A stretch of DNA of 60,943 nucleotides from an uncultured Gammaproteobacteria bacterium (GTDB lineage: Bacteria; Pseudomonadota; Gammaproteobacteria; SZUA-229). The notes below the pieces were generated by a model. It did no database searches and was not told the DNA's origin. It was given only the letters and a program-made list of their open reading frames with translations. Within the stretch, counting starts at the first letter, position 1; the number at the start of each line of letters is the position of its first letter. Positions 32,467 to 44,363 of this stretch are shown piece by piece. The stretch spans positions 1-60,943 of the forward strand of contig CAWKAL010000072.1 of the NCBI GenBank assembly GCA_963847575.1, read 5' to 3'. The position numbers were made by a program, and so were the translations under genes.

Positions 32467-34332
32467 CTATCCGATTGAATTGTTAAGTGTATTTATGTGT
32501 TGATGAAGCACAATCCAATTCCAAAGAAATAAACGATTATCATGTGATCCCTTTCGATGTTCATCGAGCATTTTTTTTACAAAAGAACTATCACAACCTG
32601 CTATGCCTGACTCTGCAATCGGCCAGGATTTTAGCCAGGTTGTTAGTGGTATGCCGAAACCTTTCTTTGGACGATAAAGCAAATCATCGGGAAGAACACC
32701 TTGCATGGCTTTTTTGAGCAGGTATTTAGATGTACCTTTACGGTATTTCAGATCGGAAGGTAAACGCTGGGCAAAATCCACAACATCATTATCCAGAAAT
32801 GGCGCACGAACCTCCAGCCCAACCATCATCGAGGCCCGGTCTACCTTGGTCAGCACGCCATCCTGTAAGTAGAAGCGCCCATAAAATTCAATGGAACGCC
32901 CTAGCATGTCGTCTGCCTCGCTGGTTTGCCATGCATTGATGGCATCGGCATATACTTCATCCCACTCAACAGGTGTATTCATCAGATCGGCTATTTCGTC
33001 TGGACTGAGGGGACTGAGCCATACCGGATTCCATACTGAGGGCGGATACTCCAGTCCTCGTAATGTACGTTTGAGCTTGAAATCCAGACTCAGGTAACCT
33101 TCCGAAGCAGGCAAACGATTTACCTGTTTGAGGATAAAGCTTCGTACAGCTTTGGGCAACATATTGCTGTAGAGCCGCGCAGTTTTAAGCGCACGAAAGG
33201 GTGCATAACCAGCAAAGAGCTCATCGCCACCATCTCCACCCAACGCTACAGTGACCGATTGCCTTGCAAAACGAGAGAGTAAATATGTTGGCAAAATCGA
33301 GCTGTCTCCCATCGGCTCATCAAGCATATTCAGCACATGGTCCGCAACATCCCTGGCCGAATCGATACCAAATATTTCTTCATAATGATCAGAACCAAAT
33401 TGCCCGGCGATCGCCCTCGCGAGATCAGACTCATCAAATTCCTTTTCATGAAATCCTATGGAAAATGTTTTAATCCGATCAGCAGCCTCCCCCTGGGAGG
33501 CACACGCGAGAATAGTGCTCGAGTCGATACCTCCAGAGAGAAAAACACCTACGGGCACGTCCGCAACCATGCGGCGATTTACCGCATTGGTTAGTAATGT
33601 GCGCAGCTCCAGCCCCAGTTCCTGTTCTGAACTTTTTGCGTAGTCGCTATCCGGTGTAACACGGAACTGCCAGTAACTAATAATTTTTTTCTGTGCCGAT
33701 GCAATGTCATAAAACATATAATGGCCGCCCGGCAACTTCGATATATTCCTGTATAGCGAGTACGGCGCCGGAATAAAACCGTAAGCAAAATATTTTTGCA
33801 GACTGACAGGATCAATCTCACGTTTCACCCCAGGATGAGAAAGCAATGGTTTAAGTTCTGATGAAAAAACCAGCTGTTGATTGAACAAGGTGTAATAAAG
33901 TGGTTTTTTACCAAATCGGTCCCTGGCAAAAAATAGACATTTTTTATTCTGATCGTAAATACAGAAGGCAAACATGCCATTCAGTCGAATAAGCAAGTCA
34001 GCCCCCCATTCTTCATATCCATGAATAAGGACTTCTGTATCTGAATGATCTGACTTGAAGACATGCCCTTTGCGCAGCAACTCGCTGCGTAGCTCCAGGT
34101 GGTTATAAATCTCGCCATTGAAGACAATGCCTACGGTGTCATCTTCATTCCACATCGGCTGGTGGCCACCGGCAATGTCGGTAACAGATAACCTGCGATG
34201 CGCCAGGCTCACACCATTTTGGGAGCAGAAATAAAAACCCTCTCCATCGGGTCCGCGATGACGCAGGGCATCTGCCATCGTTCGCAGCGCCTTAGTATTT
34301 TCCGGCCCAACAAATCCGGCTATTCCACACAC
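32467..34332 (-). CDS. asnB: Asparagine synthase-like amidotransferase (WbpS-type, glycan amidation)
   Basis: MCGIAG, HRGPD, FNGEIYN, LSGGIDSS, DGGDELFAGY, EVRAPFLD, KKGF. Confidence 0.92.
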   Translation of the reverse strand: MCGIAGFVGPENTKALRTMADALRHRGPDGEGFYFCSQNGVSLAHRRLSVTDIAGGHQPMWNEDDTVGIVFNGEIYNHLELRSELLRKGHVFKSDHSDTEVLIHGYEEWGADLLIRLNGMFAFCIYDQNKKCLFFARDRFGKKPLYYTLFNQQLVFSSELKPLLSHPGVKREIDPVSLQKYFAYGFIPAPYSLYRNISKLPGGHYMFYDIASAQKKIISYWQFRVTPDSDYAKSSEQELGLELRTLLTNAVNRRMVADVPVGVFLSGGIDSSTILACASQGEAADRIKTFSIGFHEKEFDESDLARAIAGQFGSDHYEEIFGIDSARDVADHVLNMLDEPMGDSSILPTYLLSRFARQSVTVALGGDGGDELFAGYAPFRALKTARLYSNMLPKAVRSFILKQVNRLPASEGYLSLDFKLKRTLRGLEYPPSVWNPVWLSPLSPDEIADLMNTPVEWDEVYADAINAWQTSEADDMLGRSIEFYGRFYLQDGVLTKVDRASMMVGLEVRAPFLDNDVVDFAQRLPSDLKYRKGTSKYLLKKAMQGVLPDDLLYRPKKGFGIPLTTWLKSWPIAESGIAGCDSSFVKKMLDEHRKGSHDNRLFLWNWIVLHQHINTLNNSIG

Positions 34333-35282
34333 GGGCGCGTACCTTCAAGGTTGTGCGTGGTCTTCACAAGATAAACCGGCTTATCCTGTGATTCGTAATA
34401 AGTTCTCATCACAAGCTCTGCCAGCAAACCCATCAGGATGGACATGATTCCAGTAATAAATATCATGACACTTAACAATGGTAATGGCGTCTGAATAAAA
34501 GATGTGTTCTCAAATAACTTGAGGTAGACAGCGTAAGAACCAGCTAAAAAAGAAATCCCTATGTTTATAATTCCAAATCCACCAAAAACATAAATTGGCT
34601 TGGTTGCATACTTGGCCAGGAACTTCACGACCAGCAGATCCAGCACGACTTTCGCCGCGCGCTCAAGACCATACTTGGATGTGCCATGGATTCGAGGATG
34701 ATGTGTTACTGGAATTTCAGCTACGCGCGCACCAAACCAGCTAGCGTATATCGGAATAAAACGATGCATTTCGCCGTAAAGCTTCACCCCCTTGATGACG
34801 TCACGGTGATAGGCCTTAAGTGAGCATCCATAGTCATGCAGGTGGACACCTGAAATCCATGAAATAAGACGGTTGGCAACGCGACTGGGGAAATTTCGTT
34901 TCAAGGCAGCGTCTTTTCTGTCCTTCCGCCATCCGGAAACCACATCAAAACCTTCATCGAGTTTTTCTATCAGACGACAAATATCTGCTGGATCATTTTG
35001 AAGATCACCATCCATCGGCACTATGATTTCACCGCGGGCGTAATCAATACCCGCCATCATGGCGGCAGTTTGTCCAAAATTTCGGCGCAAATTGACAACT
35101 TTGAAGCGAGCATCCTTCTCTGCAACGTCGGCAAGCAGCTTATCACTTCCGTCCACACTGCCGTCATTGACAAGAATCACTTCGAATTCCCTGTTGAGCA
35201 ACAGCAGCTCTTTAGACAGCTTTTCATAAAGCAGCGCGATGTTTTCGTACTCATTATAAATTGGTATAACTATCGATATCAT
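34320..35282 (-). CDS. GT2 polyprenyl-phosphate glycosyltransferase (GtrB/ArnC-like)
   Basis: VIPIYNE, RNFGQTAA, MDGDLQNDP, LYGEMHRFIP, two C-terminal TM segments. Confidence 0.88.
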   Translation of the reverse strand: MISIVIPIYNEYENIALLYEKLSKELLLLNREFEVILVNDGSVDGSDKLLADVAEKDARFKVVNLRRNFGQTAAMMAGIDYARGEIIVPMDGDLQNDPADICRLIEKLDEGFDVVSGWRKDRKDAALKRNFPSRVANRLISWISGVHLHDYGCSLKAYHRDVIKGVKLYGEMHRFIPIYASWFGARVAEIPVTHHPRIHGTSKYGLERAAKVVLDLLVVKFLAKYATKPIYVFGGFGIINIGISFLAGSYAVYLKLFENTSFIQTPLPLLSVMIFITGIMSILMGLLAELVMRTYYESQDKPVYLVKTTHNLEGTRPCVE

Positions 35283-35293
35283 TTTCTTTACTC

Positions 35294-36394
35294 TTATATT
35301 CGTTCGAATGTAATGACTGATTCCGACACTATCTTCACATCGTTATCATTGATAACTGGCGATATCGGCAAACTCAACACCTCGGCTGCCAGCATCTCCG
35401 ATATGGGTAAATCATACTTTTGATCACCTTGATAACAGGCTTGACGATGCGGAGGTATGGGATAATGAACTACTGTCGACACGCCCTGCAGTTTCAAATA
35501 ATCTTGTAACGCATCACGCTGCTTACTGCGAATAACGTATTGATGCCATACAGGTTCAGCGTAGTCGGGAACAAACGGCAGCCCGACACATGCCCCTGCC
35601 AGGTGCTTCGAGTACTCACTTGCAATTTCTCTGCGGCGCAGGTTCCATTCATCGAGCACGGCCAGCTTTACACGAAGGAAAGCCGCTTGCATCTCATCCA
35701 GACGACTATTGTACCCGGTAATATCATGCTGGTACTTTACTTTTGATCCATAGTTTCGAAGCTGTTTGACCTTTTCAGCTATTGCATCGTCGTTGGTGAG
35801 GACAGCACCACCGTCACCGAGTGCGCCAAGATTTTTACCAGGATAAAAACTGGTCGCAGCTGCGTGCCCCAAAGAACCTGCACGACGACCTTTATAACGC
35901 GCGCCTTGCGCCTGGGCGGCATCTTCGATAACTACCAGGCCGTGCTTGTCAGCGAGCGCATTGATAGCATCCATGTCTGCCGGCAGCCCATACAGGTGAA
36001 CCGGAAGAATAGCGCGAGTGCGGCTGGTGATTACACTGGAGATCAAGGCCGGGTCGATGTTGTGGGTGTTTATGTCTGGCTCAACCGGGACCGGGATTGC
36101 GCCACACTCAGTAACAGCTAGCCAGGTGGCAATAAACGTGTTCGAGGGTACAATTACTTCATCGCCAGGTCCGATATCATAAGCCCGCAATAAAAGATGA
36201 AGTGCTTCTAAACCATTACCTACACCAACGCAGTGCTTAACCTCACAATACCGTGCAAATTCAGCCTCGAAAGCTTCCAGCTCCGGGCCCATAATAAACC
36301 AGCCCGAGTCAACCACTCGTCGGTAGGCTGAATCAAGCGGCTCTCGTATTGTCTGGTGTAATCGGCCTAGATCAAAAAATGGAACTGAATTCAT
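35294..36394 (-). CDS. DegT/DnrJ family dTDP-3-amino-sugar aminotransferase (FdtB/QdtB-like)
   Basis: [38 protein letters not shown]. Confidence 0.9.
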   Translation of the reverse strand: MNSVPFFDLGRLHQTIREPLDSAYRRVVDSGWFIMGPELEAFEAEFARYCEVKHCVGVGNGLEALHLLLRAYDIGPGDEVIVPSNTFIATWLAVTECGAIPVPVEPDINTHNIDPALISSVITSRTRAILPVHLYGLPADMDAINALADKHGLVVIEDAAQAQGARYKGRRAGSLGHAAATSFYPGKNLGALGDGGAVLTNDDAIAEKVKQLRNYGSKVKYQHDITGYNSRLDEMQAAFLRVKLAVLDEWNLRRREIASEYSKHLAGACVGLPFVPDYAEPVWHQYVIRSKQRDALQDYLKLQGVSTVVHYPIPPHRQACYQGDQKYDLPISEMLAAEVLSLPISPVINDNDVKIVSESVITFERI

Positions 36395-36804
36395 TTCACT
36401 ACCATCTGCGCATCAGTAATAAACTGGTCGTAGTCTCTGTAGTAATCCATTTCATCGTAATAATCCGAGGCCAGCACCATGCATACCGCACCGGATGAAA
36501 AGTTATCGATCTCTCGCCAGATCATTGGACACACATAGAGACCGTAGTAACTGCGATCCATGTGCACAGTTTTTTTTGAGTACCCGTCATCCAGGTGAAT
36601 GTCGAACGACCCCGACATGGCAATGATTAACTGATGCAATGCTTTATGTGCATGCCCGCCTCTTTCCGCGCCACCTGGGACATCGTACAAGTAGTAAACT
36701 CGCTGGATAGAAAACGGGATATGGCGCTTTGATTCGACAAAGGTCAAATTACCTCTTGGATCATTGACTCTCGGCAGGTCAATAATTCTACACTCATCAA
36801 TCAC
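36391..36804 (-). CDS. dTDP-6-deoxy-3,4-keto-hexulose isomerase (FdtA/QdtA cupin)
   Basis: [36 protein letters not shown]; GTG start overlaps the upstream stop. Confidence 0.9.
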   Translation of the reverse strand: MIDECRIIDLPRVNDPRGNLTFVESKRHIPFSIQRVYYLYDVPGGAERGGHAHKALHQLIIAMSGSFDIHLDDGYSKKTVHMDRSYYGLYVCPMIWREIDNFSSGAVCMVLASDYYDEMDYYRDYDQFITDAQMVVK

Positions 36805-37556
36805 TTGTTCTCTCCATCGCTTATCGCCCAATCTGCTATCACGGAATCCGGATAGCCTCGCGTAAAGTGTTGTGTCCACGGATATGCCGGCCTGTTAGAT
36901 CCATCTCGCAACTTGATCGCACTCGTATCGCCAATGACCTGTGCTGGCACACCTGCAACAACTGTATTCGGTGGAACATTCCTGGTAACACATGCTTTTG
37001 CAGCCACCAGTGAATGATGGCCAACTGTCACACCAGGTAATATGACTGAAGCTGCCGCTACGCTTGCATAGTCTTCGATAGTGCACCCTAACAGCACATT
37101 ACTCGGAGGCGTTGGGTCATTGGTAAGCACTACGTAAGGTAATATCCAGACAAAGTTGCCAATCGTGGTTTTTTTGCCAACGAATACATTCGACTGAAAG
37201 CGAGCATATTCTCCCACAATACAGTCGCCCTGTATTTCGCTCTGCGTACCTATTTGAAACCCGGTGCCGGCAATTGTATTTTCTCTTACGGTTACGTGAT
37301 GGCCCGTTACTAAACCAGCACCAAATGAAGATGATTCGTAGAAAACCGAGTGAGACCGTATTAATGAGTCATCACTGATCATAAGTGGCGCACCATTACC
37401 GAGCGGAGTCGATATACCAAGCTCACAGTATGCGCCAATCGTGACCCGATTTCCCAGGACCACATTCTCATGAATAATGGTAAAAGGACCTATTTCAACG
37501 TCTTCACCAAGTTTCGCTGTCGATGAAACATAAGCGGATGGATGCACATTGATCAT
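36801..37556 (-). CDS. Hexapeptide-repeat N-acyltransferase (WxcM/QdtC-like)
   Basis: HPSAYV, left-handed beta-helix repeats, LTNDPTPPS, VVAGVPA. Confidence 0.85.
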   Translation of the reverse strand: MINVHPSAYVSSTAKLGEDVEIGPFTIIHENVVLGNRVTIGAYCELGISTPLGNGAPLMISDDSLIRSHSVFYESSSFGAGLVTGHHVTVRENTIAGTGFQIGTQSEIQGDCIVGEYARFQSNVFVGKKTTIGNFVWILPYVVLTNDPTPPSNVLLGCTIEDYASVAAASVILPGVTVGHHSLVAAKACVTRNVPPNTVVAGVPAQVIGDTSAIKLRDGSNRPAYPWTQHFTRGYPDSVIADWAISDGENK

Positions 37557-39147
37557 TTTATTTTCAGAGACTCCAGTAATTTTTCAACAACGTCAGTGTC
37601 TACGATAAAATCACCGTGAATTCCAAGGTCGCGGTTATTTACGATATTGCCAGAGCACATAGACTGACGCTGATCTGGACAGGGGTTAGCATGTTACACC
37701 AATACCTGTAAATCATATTCTCATGCTTGGCCATCAAAATAGTCACATGTGTTCCAGGCGCGCAGAAAATCGCATTGGACAACGCCGCGCCTGTAGGCGC
37801 AACAATCTGTTTTGCATTTTTGAATAATTGAACCTGCTGTAAGAAGGTCAATCTCTCCGGTTCAACAATCACGTATCCTCTGGAAACCAGCAGCTTTTCA
37901 ATCTCGTCCGCATTAGTGACTTTTCTTGTTCCCGAGTTGCGGCGCAGGAATATCTTCTCTGGCCAGACATGATGCTTCATTATCCTGACACAGCACATTT
38001 AGATACTTGCGAAGTGTTTCGAAGGCTCGCGGACTGAACATGCCATGAGAATGGTTCGTTAGTTTGTTTTTGCGACGTTCGAACGGCACATATCCAGCCA
38101 CCGACGTGAGATAAAGCTTATCTACGACCAGCGCTCTACCAATTGGCAGGGTAATGATTTCACGATCAACGCCCGTCACCAGCAACAACGACTCCATGAT
38201 GTTTTGATGTAAACCATCGTTTACGATGACAGGTACACCTTCAAATCTTTTGTCCATACAAAACATAACCACGCGAGGCAGCACCTCTGACATCCAGTGG
38301 GCATAGTTTGCCGCACAGGCATCGACAAATGTGGCGGCCTCAGCGATTGATTCTGGTTCTTCGTCTGTATTAACCAGCGAATACGGCTGCTTCTGGGGTG
38401 AATGCGTATACGGCCATGCAGTTCTTCACTGGTGTAATCACGTTCGAAGATCATACAAATCATGGCAGACAACTTCACCATCGGCCAGAACCATGTTCGA
38501 ACCACCGTAGATCATTGCATTATTTAAGGTTGCAACGATATATTTCTGGAAATGTGTGTCGGTCAATGGGTGACATTAGAAAATCTCGATCACACTTCGG
38601 GAAAACCTTCGGCTCCGATGTTTTAGCAATTGAGCGTCTGCCAGTTTAAACACAGGCACGCTGCCTCTTTTGGCAAAATCACTCTGTTTCGTAAGTGGAC
38701 GCCATCGCTTCTCTTTCCTGTTTCCGAAATGTGTGGCAATGTAATTAACATATACGGGATATCCATTGCGCCAGACCCACTGTGCTGCCGAACGGAAAAC
38801 ATCATACTGTTTCAGATTGTTCTGTATAGACCCGCCCTGACCATGAATTGCGTAATCTGGTAATGATGTCCTGCGAACTGGCATGAAGAGGCGCGACCTT
38901 CCTGATTTTTGCGCAGGATTCAGTGACCTCAAGCACGCCACTTTTTTCTGAAGAAGGCATCCATGCAGCGTGAGCGCTGATGTCTCCACCCTGGCGTATG
39001 TCGTTTGCGACTGCTCAGGCTTTTTCTGAAGAGAAGCCATGACTATTTCCAGTAATTGACTGTGATTCGATGCATACTCGCAGGACTCGCGAATGATGTA
39101 TGAAAAACTCTCCTCGAGCAAATGTGGGCAGCAGACATCTTATCCAT
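37553..39147 (-). CDS. Glycosyltransferase family 61 (DUF563-like), broken by several frameshifts
   Basis: NYAHW/SEVLPR, KIFLRR...RKVTNADEIE..L...GY.IVEPE.LTF.QQVQLF..A..IVAPTGAALSN.IFC.PGT across ORFs at 38576, 38221, 37913, 37639. Confidence 0.75.
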
Positions 39148-39883
39148 TTTGTTTACCAGCCAGGTATCGTTCCACGATATCATTCGGTGCACCATCTGCC
39201 ACCAGCTTGCCATGATCCATCCAGATGACACGGTTACAGAGTGATTTCACCAGCATATGGTCATGTGAAACCATGATCATGATGTTGGCTTTGTCGATCA
39301 GGTTATGCATTCTGGCTTTTGCTTTCACCATAAAGGCCGCATCGCCGCCAGCAAAGACTTCGTCAAGCACGAGTATGTCGGGATGCATTGCCGTGGCAAG
39401 GGAGAACGCCAGGCGCATGTACATACCAGTTGAATAATACTTCACCGGTGTATCGATAAATTCCTCCAGCTCAGCAAATGCAATCACTTCTGGTTCGATT
39501 TCAATAAGTTGCTGTCTGGTGTAACCAAGAATCGCGCCGTTCAGGTATATGTTTTCCCTGCCAGTGAACTCAGGGTGAAAACCAGCCCCGATTTCCAGTA
39601 GCGGCGCAATGCGGCCATCAACTGAAACAAGCCCGTCAGAAGACTCATAAACCCTGCACAAAGCCTTGAGCAAGGTACTTTTCCCCGCTCCGTTATGACC
39701 GACGATGCCGACTCGATCGCCCGCCCTGATCTCAAAAGAAACATTCTCAACTGCTGAAAAATCTGAATAGGCAATATGGCACTTGCGCTTGAACAGATTG
39801 GCAAAATAGTCTTTTAACGACGGCGATCTATCGTGGTATATACGGAACTTGATCGACAGGTTTTCAACGCGAATACTTGACAT
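39140..39883 (-). CDS. wzt: Polysaccharide ABC exporter ATP-binding subunit Wzt (no C-terminal carbohydrate-binding domain)
   Basis: GHNGAGKSTLL, YSTGMYMRLAFS, LDEV, VSHD; 247 aa. Confidence 0.93.
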   Translation of the reverse strand: MSSIRVENLSIKFRIYHDRSPSLKDYFANLFKRKCHIAYSDFSAVENVSFEIRAGDRVGIVGHNGAGKSTLLKALCRVYESSDGLVSVDGRIAPLLEIGAGFHPEFTGRENIYLNGAILGYTRQQLIEIEPEVIAFAELEEFIDTPVKYYSTGMYMRLAFSLATAMHPDILVLDEVFAGGDAAFMVKAKARMHNLIDKANIMIMVSHDHMLVKSLCNRVIWMDHGKLVADGAPNDIVERYLAGKQNG

Positions 39884-39889
39884 ATCTGC

Positions 39890-40678
39890 TCACAACCTGA
39901 ATACGATTTTTTTCTCTTGCTGGAGAAACACCAGCAAGCCGATCAACATGGCTAACACAGAAAACAGCAATGCCTGAATGATGATACCCGCGCTCGGCAA
40001 GCTGGCCTGAAAAAGCGGGGCCCGAAAGAGCTCGATAAACGGCACGACCGGATTCAATTCGACAAGCCACGCAACCTTACCTACTAGTGATTCTGGCTTA
40101 TAAAGAATTGGTGTCAGGAAAAACAGCGCCTGCATGACAATCAGGATGACATGCTGCAGGTCGCGAAAAAACACAGTCGCGACTGACATGATTAAACCAA
40201 TCCCCAGCGCAAAGAAAAACAGCATCAGATAGGCAACCGGTATGAATAGCACTGCCCATGACAATGAACCGCCGATCGCGAGAATGATGGCAAATAGAGC
40301 AAGAAATGAGAGCGCGCTATCTATCATAAGCGAAAAGGCAATACTCAGCGGGAAAATCATCTTGGGCAGGTAGATTTTTTTGATGAGACTTTCGTTATTG
40401 ATAAATGAAGTACCTGACTGCGTCACCACCGAGCTGAAAAAATTCCAGGGGATCATCCCCGCGAACAGAAAAACCGTAAAAGTCTTCAGATCTGCTTTGA
40501 ACAATGTAGCAAACACCACCGCCATGATAGTCATCATTACCAGTGGATTAATGAGTGTCCACAAATATCCCAGCGCGGTGCGCCTGTATCGCAGTATCAG
40601 CTGCTGGGAAATGAGTTGCCGCAAGACTGCACGGTCCGCCCGTAACTCAGTCATATGCCTGATGAGTTGCTTGATCAT
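39890..40678 (-). CDS. wzm: Polysaccharide ABC exporter permease Wzm
   Basis: RYRRTALGYLWTLINP, GMIPWNFF, FRDLQH, FLTPILY, LNP. Confidence 0.93.
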   Translation of the reverse strand: MIKQLIRHMTELRADRAVLRQLISQQLILRYRRTALGYLWTLINPLVMMTIMAVVFATLFKADLKTFTVFLFAGMIPWNFFSSVVTQSGTSFINNESLIKKIYLPKMIFPLSIAFSLMIDSALSFLALFAIILAIGGSLSWAVLFIPVAYLMLFFFALGIGLIMSVATVFFRDLQHVILIVMQALFFLTPILYKPESLVGKVAWLVELNPVVPFIELFRAPLFQASLPSAGIIIQALLFSVLAMLIGLLVFLQQEKKIVFRL

Positions 40679-40835
40679 TCAAACACCTCGACATAATTCG
40701 CTCTATGACTCATCAATTTATAGACGCGCGTGAAGCTCACAAGCAACCCTGCTGAACAATGGCTGTCATCAGCTAGTCCTTTGTACACTCCAAGGTCAAA
40801 AGTAAACGGGGTTTTGCGTATCGCATCAATGTGTT

Positions 40836-41733
40836 TCATGCGATAGCATCGGATCGGGTTAACTGGTCAACAACACGATTAACGTGTACTTTCCAGTCAG
40901 GTAAATGCAAATTGAGTGCACGTGACAGTGCATTTGTGTTCAAACATGAGTTAGCCGGGCGTTTAGCCGGCAGTGGGTACTCCTCGGTTTTGATGGCATG
41001 AATCATCTGTGGCTGGAGTGCGAGCGATGCACCGTTGTCTATTGCACGCGACACCACGTAACGCGCCAATCCATGCCAGGTGGTTTCCCCCGCGGCCGTC
41101 AGGTGGTAAATGCCACTCGATAGCGACTGGTTGCGCAGTCCTGAAATCGCCAGTGCGGTCACTTCTGCCAGCAATTCTGCCGAAGTGGGCGCACCATGTT
41201 GATCTGCAACCACATTGATGCTTTCTTGCTCTCTGGCAAGTCTTAATATCGTTTTTATGAAATTACTGCCGCGCGTTGAAAACACCCAGCTGGTACGAAA
41301 TACCAGGGCATTGCAGCCACTCTTTACAATTGCCTCTTCTCCCGCACGTTTAGATCTACCATATACGCTCAATGGATTAGTCGCATCTGTTTCAACGTAA
41401 GCGCTGGATTTCGCGCCATCGAAAACATAATCTGTTGAGTAATGTACCAGCAGGGCTCCGCTTTGCTGTAGCGTAACTTGCCATCACGCCGACAGCCTCC
41501 GAGTTAATTTTGCAGGCCATGGCCTCATCTTGTTCTGCCTTGTCCACCGCAGTGTAAGCCGCCGCATTTACGATCAAGTCCGGCCTGTGGCTATGCATAA
41601 ATTCACGCAAGCCGACGAGGTTTTCCAGATCGACTTCGTCTCTTCCAGGTGTAACCAGCTCCCCTAACGGAAGCAACGACCGACCAAGCTCCCAGCCGAC
41701 CTGGCCGTCTTTACCCAACAGCAGGATTTTCAC
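40836..41733 (-). CDS. rmlD: dTDP-4-dehydrorhamnose reductase (frameshift near 41450)
   Basis: GKDGQVGWEL, NAAAYTAVDKAE / VYGRSKRAGE, DQHGAPT, PAKRPANS. Confidence 0.92.
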
Positions 41734-42275
41734 TGGAACACCTCGGCCGACTTAAAGTTTTCGCCGCTGGCATCCTTTTCCGACACAGTTGGCGCTACTG
41801 GTAATGGCCATGCAATGCCAAGTGCTTCGTCATCCCAGCGTATGCATCTCTCAAATTCCGGGGAGTAGTAATCTGATGTTTTGTATAAAACCTCGGCACT
41901 GTCCGATAACACCAGGAAGCCATGCGCAAATCCTTCGGGTATCCACATCTGTTTTTTATTCTCTGCCGATAGATTTACACCCACCCATTTCCCAAATGTG
42001 GCAGAGCTTTTTCGAATGTCGACAACGACATCAAATACTTCGCCACTGGTTACACTCACCAGCTTGCCCTGTGGATGTTTGATCTGATAATGCAATCCGC
42101 GTAACACGCCTTTCGATGAATGCGAAAGATTATCCTGCAAAAAATCACGCCTGATTCCAGTTGCCTGCTCGAAATCACGTTTGTTATAACTTTCATAAAA
42201 AAAACCGCGCTCATCTTCGTACACTGTCGGCTCAAGTATCAATACATCTGGAATCGCAGTTTCGACAACCTTCAT
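41730..42275 (-). CDS. rmlC: dTDP-4-dehydrorhamnose 3,5-epimerase
   Basis: [30 protein letters not shown]. Confidence 0.96.
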   Translation of the reverse strand: MKVVETAIPDVLILEPTVYEDERGFFYESYNKRDFEQATGIRRDFLQDNLSHSSKGVLRGLHYQIKHPQGKLVSVTSGEVFDVVVDIRKSSATFGKWVGVNLSAENKKQMWIPEGFAHGFLVLSDSAEVLYKTSDYYSPEFERCIRWDDEALGIAWPLPVAPTVSEKDASGENFKSAEVFQ

Positions 42276-43150
42276 GAATACACCGGATTTTCGATGAGAT
42301 CCAGCAGGTATTTACCATAGTCATTCTTCACCAGTGGCTCGGCGAGCTGCTTTAATTGCGCCTCATCAATGTATTTAAGTCGATAAGCAATTTCTTCCGG
42401 GCATGCAATCTTGAGACCCTGGCGTTTTTCGATGGTCTCGATGTACGATGCCGCTTCAATCAATGATGCGTGCGTGCCCGTATCGAGCCATGCCATACCA
42501 CGACCCATAATTTCAACATCGAGTTTTCCGGCTTGCAGGTAAGCATTATTAACATCGGTTATCTCAAGCTCACCGCGCGCAGAAGGTTTAACGTTACATG
42601 CAATATCAACCACATCGTTATCGTAAAAGTACAAACCGGTAACAGCATAGCGTGACTTCGGCTTAGTCGGCTTTTCTTCGATGCTCAGCACTTTCTGGTT
42701 TTTATCGAAAGACACCACACCATAGCGTTCTGGATCCTGTACCGGATAAGCAAATACGGTTGCGCCATCACGCTTACCAGCAGCATGCAGCAGCGCATCC
42801 GAAAAATCATGCCCATAAAAGATATTGTCGCCAAGAATCAGCGCACAGGAATCATTGCCGATAAATTCCTTGCCCAGAATAAATGCCTGTGCAAGGCCTT
42901 CGGGCGATGGCTGAACTTTATATTGAAAATCCAGCCCCCACTGACTACCGTCACCCAGCAACTCTTCAAATCTTGGCGTATCATTTGGCGTCGAAATAAT
43001 CAAAATTTCACGAATACCTGCCAGCATTAAAGTTGTCAGCGGGTAATAAATCATCGGCTTGTCATACACCGGCAACAACTGCTTGGACACCACCTGGGTC
43101 ACTGGATACAGGCGCGTGCCTGATCCACCCGCTAAAATTATTCCTTTCAT
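42272..43150 (-). CDS. rmlA: Glucose-1-phosphate thymidylyltransferase
   Basis: [39 protein letters not shown]. Confidence 0.97.
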   Translation of the reverse strand: MKGIILAGGSGTRLYPVTQVVSKQLLPVYDKPMIYYPLTTLMLAGIREILIISTPNDTPRFEELLGDGSQWGLDFQYKVQPSPEGLAQAFILGKEFIGNDSCALILGDNIFYGHDFSDALLHAAGKRDGATVFAYPVQDPERYGVVSFDKNQKVLSIEEKPTKPKSRYAVTGLYFYDNDVVDIACNVKPSARGELEITDVNNAYLQAGKLDVEIMGRGMAWLDTGTHASLIEAASYIETIEKRQGLKIACPEEIAYRLKYIDEAQLKQLAEPLVKNDYGKYLLDLIENPVYS

Positions 43151-44211
43151 TTGGCCACCTTCATCGTGCCGAGGCGTTCGCGTTGATACGAACCGTCCTG
43201 CACATGCTGACACCACTGCGCATTATCGAGATACCACTGCACGGTTTTGCGTATGCCTGTGACGTAGGATTCATCCGGCACCCAGCCAAGTTCACGTTCG
43301 ATCTTGCCGGCATCAATCGCATAGCGTTTGTCGTGACCGGGTCGGTCCTGCACATAGGTAATGAGCGAGGTATGCGGTTTATAGTTTGAATCCGGCACCA
43401 GTTCGTCGAGTAATTCGCACACCGTGTTTACGATATCGATGTTCTTCACTTCGTTATGACCACCGATGTTATACACCTCGCCGATCACGCCCTGCTCCAG
43501 CACCAGGCAGAGTGCACGTGCATGGTCTTCGACGTAGAGCCAGTCACGCACATTGTCGCCCTTGCCGTAGATCGGCAGCGGCTTGCCTTCGAGCGCATTT
43601 AATATAATCAGCGGGATGAGTTTTTCCGGGAACTGGTACGGCCCGTAATTATTGGAACAATTGGTCGTCACCACCGGGAATCCGTAGGTGTGATGCCAGC
43701 CACGCACTAGATGATCTGATGACGCCTTGCTCGCAGAATATGGCGAGTTGGGTGCATAGGCCGTCTGCTCGGTGAACAAACCCTCGTCACCCAGGCTGCC
43801 ATAGACTTCATCGGTCGAAACATGGTGAAAACGGAAGCTGCTTTTCGCCTCTGGGTTCAATGTATTCCAGTATGCACGCGCGACTTCCAGTAACTGATAG
43901 GTGCCGACGATATTGGTTTCGATAAAATCCGCCGGGCCATCGATCGAACGATCAACGTGCGACTCGGCAGCCAGATGCATGATGGCGTCTGGTTTAAAAG
44001 TATCAAATATACGCTGCATCGCAGCCGCATCGCAGATATCGGCACGCTCGAACTGGTAACGATCGCTGTGTTCGACTAATTTGAGTGATTCAAGATTGCC
44101 GGCGTACGTCAGCTTGTCAACATTGAACACATGATGCTGCGTGTTATTGATGAAATGACGGATAAGCGCTGAGCCAATAAAGCCCGCACCGCCTGTGACG
44201 ATAATTTTCAT
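43147..44211 (-). CDS. rmlB: dTDP-glucose 4,6-dehydratase
   Basis: [33 protein letters not shown]. Confidence 0.97.
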   Translation of the reverse strand: MKIIVTGGAGFIGSALIRHFINNTQHHVFNVDKLTYAGNLESLKLVEHSDRYQFERADICDAAAMQRIFDTFKPDAIMHLAAESHVDRSIDGPADFIETNIVGTYQLLEVARAYWNTLNPEAKSSFRFHHVSTDEVYGSLGDEGLFTEQTAYAPNSPYSASKASSDHLVRGWHHTYGFPVVTTNCSNNYGPYQFPEKLIPLIILNALEGKPLPIYGKGDNVRDWLYVEDHARALCLVLEQGVIGEVYNIGGHNEVKNIDIVNTVCELLDELVPDSNYKPHTSLITYVQDRPGHDKRYAIDAGKIERELGWVPDESYVTGIRKTVQWYLDNAQWCQHVQDGSYQRERLGTMKVAK

Positions 44212-44221
44212 GAGATGGAAT

Positions 44222-44297
<76 letters not shown>

Positions 44298-44363
44298 TGA
44301 AACATATGGATTCATGCGTGGGTATGAATGGGGTCGTGAATCTAAGGGATGCATCATGCTATG

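Noticed and set aside
40679-40835. JUMPstart/ops element upstream of wzm
   Set aside because: No GGCGGTAG ops core found here or upstream of rmlB.
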